From positions 1,888,001-1,952,000 of the forward strand of contig OY968769.1 in assembly GCA_963695345.1 (NCBI GenBank): a DNA stretch of 64,000 nucleotides, read 5' to 3'. Of this stretch, positions 53,136 through 63,066 are shown piece after piece; the stretch's first letter is position 1, and every line of letters begins with the position of its first letter. The position numbers and the translations under genes were made by a program. The notes under the pieces are model-generated. The model saw only the letters and a list, made by a program, of their open reading frames with translations, did no database searches and was not told the DNA's origin. The stretch comes from an uncultured Methanomassiliicoccales archaeon (lineage in GTDB: Archaea > Thermoplasmatota > Thermoplasmata > Methanomassiliicoccales > UBA472).

Positions 53136-53828
53136 ATGACGACAGACGTACAAGATGGCATCTGCGCTTCTTTCCAGAGGGCGGGCAAGGCACATGGATA
53201 CGACAAGGTGAGCGCGAGCTTCTACCCGTTCAAGGATTTCAAAGCGTGCTGGCAAAGGACCGGTAACACCGCCGATTTTAAGGTGACGGACTATTTGGAG
53301 TGTGCCGATGGGCAGATCATCGATGAGTTCGCCGAAAACCTGTTCAAGCGGTTAAGGTCAAAGGCCAAGGTGGAACTGTACAACGACCGGATGAAGGAAT
53401 GGTTCCAGTCCCGGGAGTTCCTGGACATCAACCGTCCTGTATATCTCCGACGCAGCCGCAACCTGGCATATCGGTCCAAGGGAAGCAGCTATGAACTGAT
53501 GGAGTCATTCGAGAGACTACAGGACCAGGGGCTGGTCCCGGATATGCCTAACACCTACATGACCTGGACCAGGAACCCGAACAAGGCCCGTCTGGGCTAC
53601 TGCTCGATCCTGATGCGGGTCATCGCCATCAGCTCGGCGCTGGACACCGAGAAGGTACCAGAATATGTCACGGAGTATGTCCTGTATCACGAACTCCTGC
53701 ACCTGCGGGGCGGACTGAGGTCACTCGGCCGCTATCATGACAAGGCCTTCAAGGATTTGGAAAGGATCCATCCCCGCCACAGGGAGGCGGAGGACTGGCT
53801 GAAACGTGTGGCGGCGAAGAAGGTCTAG
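53136..53828 (+). CDS. SprT/YgjP-like zinc metallopeptidase domain protein
   Basis: RLGYC, YVLYHELLH..HDKAF (HExxH). Confidence 0.82.
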   Translation: MTTDVQDGICASFQRAGKAHGYDKVSASFYPFKDFKACWQRTGNTADFKVTDYLECADGQIIDEFAENLFKRLRSKAKVELYNDRMKEWFQSREFLDINRPVYLRRSRNLAYRSKGSSYELMESFERLQDQGLVPDMPNTYMTWTRNPNKARLGYCSILMRVIAISSALDTEKVPEYVTEYVLYHELLHLRGGLRSLGRYHDKAFKDLERIHPRHREAEDWLKRVAAKKV

Positions 53829-53882
53829 TAGATTCGGAAACTCGCTCCGGCATCAATATTAACCACCTATCATTAGGGACAC

Positions 53883-54863
53883 GTGGCAATCATGGCAGAA
53901 AAGAAGCAGTTCATCAGGGACCTTACCAAGGAGACCAAGGTCGACGACATGTTCTCGGTCAAGTTCAAGAAGCCAGTGCGCAAGAGCAAGAACGGTTTCA
54001 TGTTCGATGTCCGCGTCGGAGACAAGACCGGCGATATCGCGGTGAAGTACTTTGGCAACACCAACGAGATGGCGGTGCGCAAGGTATTCGATTCCATCAT
54101 ACCGGGAGGCGTTCTCCGCGTCAAAGGAAAGGCCCAGGAGTACAACGAGATCCTGGAGATCGCCATCAACCCGGACAACGGTGACATGGTGGTAGCCCTG
54201 GCCGAAGGCGAATATCGCCTCGAGGATTTCGTCCCGAGGACGGAGAAGGACATCAACCTGATGATGACCCAGCTGAATGGGTACATCAAGAAGGTCAAGG
54301 ACCCGAAGCTGCTGCAGCTGCTAAGCTATTTCTTCGCCGACGAGGCGTTCGTGGAGGAATTCAAGAAATGCCCCGCCGCAATAACCCATCACTGCAACTG
54401 GATCGGAGGGCTCCTGGAGCATACATTGGACGTCACCAAGCTCTGCGACACCATGGGAGACATGTATCCCCGGATGGACCGGGACCTGCTGCTGGCCGGC
54501 GCGATACTCCATGACATCGGCAAGGTGCATGAGTATGAGGTGACCACGAACATCGACTGCACCAACGAAGGAAGGCTGCGTGGCCATATCGTCATCGGTT
54601 CCGAGATGATCAGTTTCGCCATACGCACCATCCCGGAGTTCCCGGACAACCTGCGCATGAAGATCAGCCACATCATCCTCAGCAGCCACGGGGAACTGGA
54701 ATACGGTTCGCCGAAGGAGCCCTCGTTCCCGGAAGCGGTCGCAATAGCCCAGGCGGATACTCTGGACTCAAGGATACAGGAGATCGTCCGGGCCAAGCTC
54801 GATGCCAGGACCGAGGACGAGTGGGCTTGGAACAAGGAACTGGGCAGTATCTACCTGCGCTAA
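53883..54863 (+). CDS. YhaM-like 3'-5' exoribonuclease (OB fold + HD domain)
   Basis: DKTGDI, PAAITHH..GGLLEHT, LHDIGK, SSHG..YGSP. Confidence 0.9.
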   Translation: MAIMAEKKQFIRDLTKETKVDDMFSVKFKKPVRKSKNGFMFDVRVGDKTGDIAVKYFGNTNEMAVRKVFDSIIPGGVLRVKGKAQEYNEILEIAINPDNGDMVVALAEGEYRLEDFVPRTEKDINLMMTQLNGYIKKVKDPKLLQLLSYFFADEAFVEEFKKCPAAITHHCNWIGGLLEHTLDVTKLCDTMGDMYPRMDRDLLLAGAILHDIGKVHEYEVTTNIDCTNEGRLRGHIVIGSEMISFAIRTIPEFPDNLRMKISHIILSSHGELEYGSPKEPSFPEAVAIAQADTLDSRIQEIVRAKLDARTEDEWAWNKELGSIYLR

Positions 54864-54879
54864 AAAAAGGGTCCGTCCC

Positions 54880-55305
54880 TCAGGGGACGACCACCACCGG
54901 CATCTTCGCGTGTTGGGACACCTGGCTGGACACGCTGCCCATGAGGAACCCGCGGACTGCGCTATGCCCCCTCGTTCCCAGGACGATGAGGTCATATCCC
55001 CGCTCTGAAACGATGAGGATCTTCTCGGCAGCATTTCCGAACTCGATATCAGAGTCGGTACCAACGCCAGCCTCCGCAAAGATCGATTTTGCTTTCTCCA
55101 GGCGCTGCTCGCCAAAGCCCCTCTTCCCCTCATCCATGGACGTGGATTTCCCAGCAAGCATATCATGATCTGAGGAGGTAACAACGAAGATCAGCGTGAC
55201 ACTTGCTTCGAATTTCTTGGCAATTTGGGCGCCGAACGTGGCTGCTCTGTTTGAGTTGCTCGAGCCATCGATCCCGACGAGAATGCGCTTGATTTCAGTG
55301 GTCAT
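54880..55305 (-). CDS. Universal stress protein
   Basis: RILVGIDGS, DLIVLGTRG..MGSVS. Confidence 0.92.
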   Translation of the reverse strand: MTTEIKRILVGIDGSSNSNRAATFGAQIAKKFEASVTLIFVVTSSDHDMLAGKSTSMDEGKRGFGEQRLEKAKSIFAEAGVGTDSDIEFGNAAEKILIVSERGYDLIVLGTRGHSAVRGFLMGSVSSQVSQHAKMPVVVVP

Positions 55306-55457
55306 GTTATCAGTATATGTTCCGAGCACAAGCCACTTAAAGATATTGTCGGGCGATTGCGAGAATTAATATGAAGACTTAATTCTCGCATCCATTTTTA
55401 ACCATGTTTTCAATATTGATCTCCCAGCTGTTTGATATCTGGGACAATAGTTCGCCA

Positions 55458-55928
55458 TTACTCCTCGAACAGCTCCCTTCCCTTCGTGAATATCTCGAGA
55501 CTGTTCAACTCGCCTATCAGTTTTCCCTCACCATCAACGACAGGAAGATCGGTGAAGTGGTCCTCGACCATAATCTGCAACGCCTTGGTTAACTTGTCCG
55601 ATCGTTTCACCGTCGGGACCTTCTCGATTACTCCTTCGACGCCCTCCTTGAGCATGTCCCTCATGAGCCTCCACAGGGACCAGTTAGCGAATTCTCTAAC
55701 ACCGACACGGTAGCCCAGGAGTCGGAGCAGGGTCTCGGTGGTGACGGCCCCCAGGTACTTCCCTTCCTCGTTTAGGACATAGACCTTTCGGGATACCGGG
55801 TTTTTAAGGAACTCGTCGAAGACCTGGCGGATTTTCGCTCCGGAATCGATGGTTGTCGGGACTTTGACCACCAGATCGTAAACATCTTCGACCAGCAGGT
55901 CCGAGAAGCTCTTCTTCATCTCCACCAT
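55458..55928 (-). CDS. CBS domain protein
   Basis: Two CBS units (VYVLNEEGKYLG, LPVVDGEGKLIG). Confidence 0.88.
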   Translation of the reverse strand: MVEMKKSFSDLLVEDVYDLVVKVPTTIDSGAKIRQVFDEFLKNPVSRKVYVLNEEGKYLGAVTTETLLRLLGYRVGVREFANWSLWRLMRDMLKEGVEGVIEKVPTVKRSDKLTKALQIMVEDHFTDLPVVDGEGKLIGELNSLEIFTKGRELFEE

Positions 55929-55984
55929 GATGGTTAGTAGCGAAACAGGAATACTTAACCAAATCGCTCTGGCCAGTCGATTTG

Positions 55985-55994
55985 AAAAAAAGAA
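55985..55994 (-). terminator. U-rich archaeal terminator following the candidate ncRNA
   Basis: Minus strand reads TTCTTTTTTT directly after the closing helix. Confidence 0.55.
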
Positions 55995-56339
55995 ATGCGG
56001 AGTGTCCCCCACCCCAAACAGATTGGTTCATGGACGACATGACTGTCTGTTCTCCCCACACTGACCCGGGGCGGGGGTTTAGTGTCGTGCACCGGGGTTG
56101 TCCTCCAGTCATGACGCGATAGTCTCATCGCAAGTTCCTGCAGGGACCCAAATTACGGGCACTGTGCGCATTCAGATTACTGAGAGGTTCACAGGTCCCC
56201 TCTACTTTTACCGAATGCATGGAGGGAGAGGATTGACCTGAACTTAAATCCTCTCTAGCGGCTACGCCATCATTCGTGCCTATTCATGAACCGGTCAATC
56301 TGTAAGGCTGATCTGAAATCTGTTTGAGTCTCCCCGCAT
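55995..56339 (-). ncRNA. Candidate large structured non-coding RNA, unidentified
   Basis: Three nested end-to-end helices, at least five internal stems, complementary hairpin loops, G-U pairs only on the minus strand, and a U-tract immediately 3'. Confidence 0.7.
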
Positions 56340-56599
56340 AGCCTTCCAAAAAGTATAAGCTCCAGACATTATTTTCTCAATCTGGCTCAGACACAACTTA
56401 TCATCATGAAATCTCCTTTAAAGAATATTTGGGCTTGTGATCAGCTAACTTCCTTGAGTGACCTATATCCGGTCACTTGTGTCCACCTTGCCCAAATATC
56501 GTGACCGACCGATAGTGTAATCAAAGAGGAGTGTCAGTAATGACCGAAGACAACAATCACGGATTCACTGGGCGTGGCCCGGCATGGGGGTGTGAACAA

Positions 56600-57049
56600 A
56601 TGAACGAGTTTGAAGAGAACATGGAAGTCACGTTCGATCCAAGCAAGACAAAGGGATTTGGCTGGAGGGTGTCGACCTCAATCGTTACAGCGGTGGGATG
56701 GCTTTCTTTCGTGGTCCTATGGCTGTTCTTCTACGCGGACGAATATTCCATCTACCAGAACATAGGGGCGGTCATCGTTTCGCTGATCGTCTTCATCGGC
56801 ATCAATGGCGCCGTATGGGGAACCTGGGCCATGCGCATGGCCCCGAAGGATGCCATGGGCCCGTGGCGTCTCAGGGCGGTGGCATCGTTCATCTCCGGCG
56901 CTGCCTGGGTGGCATTCCTGCTGATCTGGCTGCTGGTCTACGCGGACAGCTACAGCATCTACCAGAACATCGCCGTCCTGTTCGTCTCGGTGCTGGTGCT
57001 GGGCGGCATCAATGGCGTGCTATGGAACAGGCATTCCCGCCCCTGGTGA
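56600..57049 (+). CDS. Small membrane protein made of two tandem repeats
   Basis: WR...S...W..F..WL..YAD.YSIYQNI....VS.....GING..W occurs twice. Confidence 0.8.
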   Translation: MNEFEENMEVTFDPSKTKGFGWRVSTSIVTAVGWLSFVVLWLFFYADEYSIYQNIGAVIVSLIVFIGINGAVWGTWAMRMAPKDAMGPWRLRAVASFISGAAWVAFLLIWLLVYADSYSIYQNIAVLFVSVLVLGGINGVLWNRHSRPW

Positions 57050-57101
57050 AATTGCAAACACCTTCCATCATCTTTTTCTGCTCGGAACTGCCAATAACAT
57101 A

Positions 57102-57990
57102 ATGATGACCGTAACGGTCGGCTGCAGCGGCTGGTCCTATGACGATTGGGTCGGTCGGTTCTTTCCGTTCGAGATCCGGGATGACAACGCCAAGCGTTTC
57201 GAGCACTACGCTGAGTACTTCAATTCGGTGGAGATCAATTCTACCTTCTACCGTATGCCCGGTGACAAGCAGGTCAACTCATGGGTGGAGAAGGCCAAGG
57301 TACATCCCGGGTTCGAGTTCTCGGCGAAGATGCCCCGGAGCGTAACCCACGAGGCACTGGTGAACGGAGATTGCAAGGAGGCGGTGAAGCACGCCCTGTT
57401 CTTCGAGCGCACGCTCGCCTTGCCATTGAACGAGGTCGGTGGCCTCGGCGCCATCCTGCTGCAGATGTCCCCCTCCTTTCATGACACGGGCGATTCCTTC
57501 GAACTTCTCACCCGATTCCTGGGCGAGCTGTCAGTCGGGGAATTCCACTACGCGATCGAGTTCCGCCACCGGTCCTGGCTCAACGACAAGCATCATCTGC
57601 TGGGAGACACCGTCAGGCTGTTGCGGGACAATCGCATCGCCAACGTCATCGTGGACGGTCCGGGTTTCCCCTACACGAGCGACCTGACGGCCGATTCCGC
57701 CTATGTCCGTTTCCATGGCCGGAACTTCGACATCTGGTATCATGATGAGAAGGAGGACGATGAGCGCATTGACCGGTACGATTACCTTTACACCGAGGAA
57801 CAGCTTTCGCCGTGGGTGCCCAGGATCAAGGAGATGGAAGACAGCGTGCCGAAGGTCCGGGTGTTCTTCAACAACCACGGTCGGGCCAAGTCGGCCAAGA
57901 ACGCCTTCGAGCTGATGGACATGCTGGGGATTCCGCACCAGTCCGAAGGTGGTGCATGTCCAGGACCAGGCAAGGATAGACGAGTTCTGA
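57102..57990 (+). CDS. DUF72 family protein, frameshift near 57945
   Basis: GCSGWSY..W, VEINSTFY, YVRFHGRN, YDYLY, FFNNH. Confidence 0.92.
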
Positions 57991-58045
57991 GCGCAAAACG
58001 AGGGCAAGCTATATCCATGGGACAATGCAATTGCGGGCGGAGAGG

Positions 58046-60157
58046 ATGAAGGAACTTTTCGAACCGGCAAGCATAGCTGTGGTTGGGGCGGCCAGGGAGG
58101 AGAACAAGGTCGGCCACATCGTTCTACGCAATATCATCAGCTCCGGCTTCACCGGAAAGCTGTATCCGGTCAACCCCAAGTCGACGGAGATTCTGGGGCT
58201 GAGATGCTATGCCAGCATCTCGCTTGGTACCGGACAAGGTAGACCTGGTCGTCGTCACCACGCCGGCCCGGATAGTACCAGGAATAATCGAAGAGGCCGG
58301 CCGTAAGGGCACCAAGGCGGCCATCATCATTTCCGCCGGTTTCAAGGAGACCGGCAAGGACGGGGCTGAGCTGGAACGCAAGGTCGGCGAGATCGCCCGT
58401 TCCTACGGGATGAGGATACTGGGCCCCAACTGCCTGGGCATGATCAACACCCACAGCAAGATCAACGCCACCTTCACCAACCAATACCCGCAGGCCGGCA
58501 TCGATCGCCATCACCTCCCAGTCAGGCGCCATCTGCTCGGTCATGCTGGACTGGGCCCGGCGTACCAGCGTCGGATTCTCCAAGTTCGTCAGCGTCGGGA
58601 ACAAGCTGGACATCGACGAGGCGGACCTGCTCGAGTACTCTCGCGATGACGATCCGTTGACCAAGGTCATCGGGATGTACATCGAGGGGACCAACCGCGG
58701 CATCGAGTTCATGCGTCAGGCCAGGCTGACAACGAGGGAGCAAGCCGATCATCGCCCTCAAGGCCGGAAGGACCTCGTCCGGGGCCAAGGCAGCATCTTC
58801 CCACACCGGCGCGCTATCCGGCAGCGACAAGGTTTACGACGCGGCCCTGGCCCAGTCCGGCATCATCCGGGTCAAGACGATCGAGGAGCTGTTCGACCAT
58901 CTCACCCTTTTCTCCAGCATGCCGTTGCCCGAGGGCGACCGCATCGCCATCGTCACCAACGCCGGCGGTCTCGGAGTCATGGCGGCGGACGCATGCTCCG
59001 ATTACGGTCTGACCTTGGCATCGTTCAAGCCGGAGACCATCGAGCTGCTCAAGACCAAGCTGCCGGAGTCGGCCAACTTCTACAACCCGGTGGACGTGAT
59101 CGGTGACGCCGATGCCGACCGTTACTCCTTCGCGATCAACGCCATAATGAAGGATGACAGCGTCTCATGCATCCTGGCATTGATGGCGCCCGACCGACAT
59201 CGTCGACACGGCGGCGGTGGCCACGGCCTTGGCCAAGTTCGCCGGCAATTCGCACCAAACCGTTCGTCACCGCATTCGTCGGAGGGGCTGGCCTGGAGAA
59301 GGCGATCGGCATTCTCAGGACATCGGGCGTTCCCAACTATGATTCGCCCGACCGGGCGGTGCAATCGCTCAGCGCGATGGTATCGTACAAGCGGTTCAAG
59401 GACTCCAAGGAGGACGAGGGACCGGTCTCCTAGCCAGGGGGACAAGGTACGGACGAAGGCGGTGTCTGGACAAGGTCCGTTCCGAGAACCGGCTGATGCT
59501 GTCGGAGACCGAGGGGAAGGAAATCCTGCGCGCCTACGGAATCGACGTGCCGCTGGAAGGGATGGCCAAGGACGCCGACGAGGCGGTCAGGGAGGCACAG
59601 AGGATCGGATATCCGCTGGTCATGAAGATCGAGTCGCCGGACATCGCGCACAAGACCGATGTCGGCGGTGTCGTGGTCGACATCAGGAGCGATGACGAGG
59701 TCAGGACGCAGTTCCAGCTCATCATGGCCCGGGTCTCCTCCAGGATGCCCCAGGCGAAGATCGACGGTGTTTCCCTGGAACGGATGGTCAAGGGAAGGGA
59801 GGTCATCGTGGGCATGGTCCGGGACAACCAGTTCGGACCGGTGGTGACGTTCGGGCTGGGGGGCATATTCGTCGAGATAATGCGGGACGTGACCCAGAGG
59901 ATAGCTCCTTTAACCCGGCAGCGACGTTAATTACCATGATACAATCGATCAAGGCGTATCCGATACTCACGGGGCCAGAGGGCAGGCGTCCGGCGGATAT
60001 CGCGGCGCTCCAGGAGGTCATCGGCAGGCTGTCGCAGCTGGCCATCGATTTCCCCGAGCTGGCGGAGTTCGAGATAAACCCGGTCATCGTCGGCGACGAG
60101 GGTCAGGGGGCGAGCGCGGTGGACGCGCTCGCGACGATCAGGAGGGAAACAGCATGA
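58046..60157 (+). CDS. Acetate--CoA ligase (ADP-forming), fused alpha/beta, frameshifted
   Basis: [61 protein letters not shown]. Confidence 0.92.
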
Positions 60158-61159
60158 GGTCATTGTTCTTGGGTTCGGCGGTGGAAAGGTCCGGAAAGAC
60201 GATGGTCACTCTGGGACTGGCGAAGAACTTCCCCGGCAAGGTCGGGTTCTTCAAACCGTTCAAGGAGACCCTAATGACGCTTGGACGACCGGGTGATCGA
60301 CCAGGACGCGTACCTGATGAAGAAGGCGCTGGGACTGCCCCAGACCGAGGAGGTCCTGAGCCCGTTCACCTACGACATGGAAAAACCGGTCGATATGGAC
60401 GAGATCGTCAAGGCCTACGAGAGAGCTGAAGGTGCAAGTGCGACCTGATGCTGATCGAGGGAACGAGGGAGATAACCACCGGTTTCCTGAACGACGTCTC
60501 CGGCATGGCCATCGCCGAGAACGTGCAGTCCGGACGTTGTACTGATATCGCGGGCCCGGTCATCGGACCTGGACAAGATCGCCATGCTGAAGCATATGAT
60601 GCGCCGCTACAAGGTGAATTTCCGCGGAGTCATCCTCAACATGAACGAGGACTCCAACGTGGTCAAGATGCTGGAATCGAAGCACATCCAGGTGCTGGGT
60701 TCGATCCCTCCGCTCAAGGAACTGTGCCGGTTCAGCGTGAAGGAGGTCGCGGACGCCCTGGGAGCGACGGTGATCGTGGCCGAGGACCGCACGGACCGGA
60801 TCGTGGAGGAGGTCATGGTCGGCGCCATGACGCCGGAGACGGCGCTGAAGACGATGAGGCGCTTCGCCAACAAGGCCATCATCACCGGGGGTGACCGTTC
60901 GGACATCCAGATGGCGGCCCTGTCCACCGACACATCATGCCTGGTGCTGACCGGAGGACTCTATCCCGACCGGCAGGTGGTGGCCAAGGCCTATGATCTG
61001 GGCGTCCCCATACTGCTGACGCGCCAGGACACCTTGAGCGCTTCCGAGACGATCGAGCACTTGATAGCCCGCATAGATCCGGACGACACCAAGAAGATCG
61101 AGCTGGTGGCCCGAACGGTGAAGGAGCATGTCGATCTGGATGCGGTGTATTCAGAGTGA
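60154..61159 (+). CDS. Phosphotransacetylase-family DRTGG/BioD-like protein, frameshifted
   Basis: SGKTMVTLGL, GFFKP, LIEG, VGAM, ITGGDRSDIQ, LVLTGG. Confidence 0.88.
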
Positions 61160-61237
61160 GCCGGGTCAACGGAACTCACGCACATGAGGGAATTTCTGGA
61201 ATAAGATTGATATCCCCCTTGGGCATTGTTCCTGGAC

Positions 61238-61537
61238 ATGGTAAAGGAAGTACATGCCGCGCACATCCTAGTCAAGACCCAAGACAAGGCCAAGGACCTC
61301 CTGGCCCAGATCAAGGCCGTTCCGCCGGCCGAGACGGGAAAGAAGTTCGGTGACCTGGCCAAGCAGTTCTCCGAGTGCCCCTCGGGCAAGAAGGGTGGCG
61401 ACCTGGGCTGGTTCACCAGGCAGAAGATGGTAAAGGAATTCGAAGACGAGGGCTTTGGCGGCAAGAAGGGAGACATTGCCGGGCCGTTCAAGACCCAGTT
61501 CGGATGGCATTTGATGTGGATCATCGATCAGAAGTGA
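61238..61537 (+). CDS. Parvulin-type peptidyl-prolyl isomerase
   Basis: AAHILVK, FSECPSGKKGGDLG, KTQFGWH. Confidence 0.93.
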   Translation: MVKEVHAAHILVKTQDKAKDLLAQIKAVPPAETGKKFGDLAKQFSECPSGKKGGDLGWFTRQKMVKEFEDEGFGGKKGDIAGPFKTQFGWHLMWIIDQK

Positions 61538-61627
61538 TCTAGACCCTGCTGAGGGGGCGCGGATGCTCTTTACCGTTCCGCGCCATCCTTGCCAACCTTT
61601 TTCTCGTCATTGACCATTGAGCAAGCG

Positions 61628-63065
61628 ATGAACGACGGTCAGGACGGCGTGGTACCTGAACCCCAGGTGCAGAACCCTTATGTCGACCAGAGGTACCAAT
61701 ACAGTTATCCGCGGCCACCTCCGAGGTCCGACAAGTCAACCGTGCTGATCGTGGTGATCATCGTCGTCGCGCTCATCGCCGTCTCCATCCTCGGTGCCTT
61801 CGTCCTGCTCCGATCGGCCAGAGACAATGACCCGGACGACAATGGGACGGTGCCGAACACCACCCTCACCGACCGGGACAACGATGGACACCCCGACAAT
61901 GTCGATCTCTTCCCAGACGATCCCTCGGAATGGTCGGACGGCGATGGGGACGGCATCGGGGACAATGACGACCCGCTCTTTGACGACCTCGATAACGACG
62001 GTTATCCAGACGCAACGGACCTGTTCCAGAACCGGGACGTAGGCATCCTGGTCAACCTGACGCGGGCAAATGTGATAGACTCGGTAGACTTTACGAGCAA
62101 CGAGGCCAATGTGTACTTCACCCTCTCCATCGATGGGGACTATAAAGGAAGGATCGACAACGGCGGGGAAGTCTGGGATGACAATGTCGGCAGTCCTTTC
62201 ACCATAGATGACAGCTACCGGTACAACGTGAACGATACCCAGCGGTTCACCAACATATCGATCTCGATGTGGGACGAGGATTTCGTTAGCAGCGACGACA
62301 CGATAGACATCGATGGCAGTTCCCAATCCGGGAGGTCCCTGGAGATCAGGTACGATCTGGTCACCGGGATCTGGACCGGCGATGATGCGACCGGAGTCGG
62401 CGTCCGGCTCGTTGGATGGGACGCAGTCCTCGGACGATGACGACGGATCGTTGTGGTATGGCGTTACCACGGTCACCATGCTCTCCAACAAGCATTACCA
62501 GTGGGAATATGGCGATGAGTCGTATTCACTGGACCTGAACGTGACGGCCAAGGACTACTACTCCTATCGCAACAACGGCGCCGACCGCAGCCCCCAGTTC
62601 GAATCGAAGATGGTCTCCTTCGTCACCTCCGGCGACCCGGTCGTCGTCGACCTGGCGCAGAAACTGAAGGCCATCGCCACCAGCAAAGGGTTCGACCAGG
62701 CGCAGACGGAGAATCTCGCGCTCGCCTTCTGCCAGGGCATCCTTTACTCGTACGATAACATCTCCGAAGGGCCGGACGAGTATTGGCGTTACTCGGTTGA
62801 GACATTGTACGATGAGACCGGTGATTGTGAGGACAAGTCGATACTCTTCGCCTCGGTCACCGAGGCGATGGGGTTCGATTCCGTGCTCCTGCTGATGACC
62901 GGGCACATGGCCGGCGGGATCGCGCTGGCCGGGGGCGACGGGACATACGTCGAGGAGGCCGGCGTGAACTATTACTACTGCGAGACGACCGGTGTTGGCT
63001 GGCTGGTGGGCGAGCTGCCGCCGGACATGGAAGGGGAAGAGGTCGAGGTCGTCCAGGTCTCCTGA
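61628..63065 (+). CDS. Membrane-anchored protein with Asp-rich Ca-binding repeats and transglutaminase-like domain, frameshift near 62400
   Basis: TM, DRDNDGHPDNVDLFPDDPSEWSDGDGDG, then ETLY..TGDCEDK, GHMA, YCETT. Confidence 0.8.
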
Positions 63066-63066
63066 G

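Noticed and set aside
55995-56339. RNase P, SRP or tmRNA identity for the structured element
   Set aside because: No GAGGAAAGUCC/AACAGAA P4 strands, no SRP helix-8 motif and no T-arm/CCA end on either strand. A covariance-model search is still needed to exclude a very divergent form.
56315-56347. Resemblance of GGCUAUGCGGGGAGACUC to group II intron domain V
   Set aside because: The 3' strand of domain V (GCACGUACGGUUC-like) and domain VI are absent, and these bases pair better with the far end of the element.
58046-60157. In-frame TAG as pyrrolysine read-through or programmed frameshifting
   Set aside because: Stops such as the TAG near 59431 coincide with frame changes. Indels are numerous and lack shared slippery motifs, so sequencing error is the simpler explanation.
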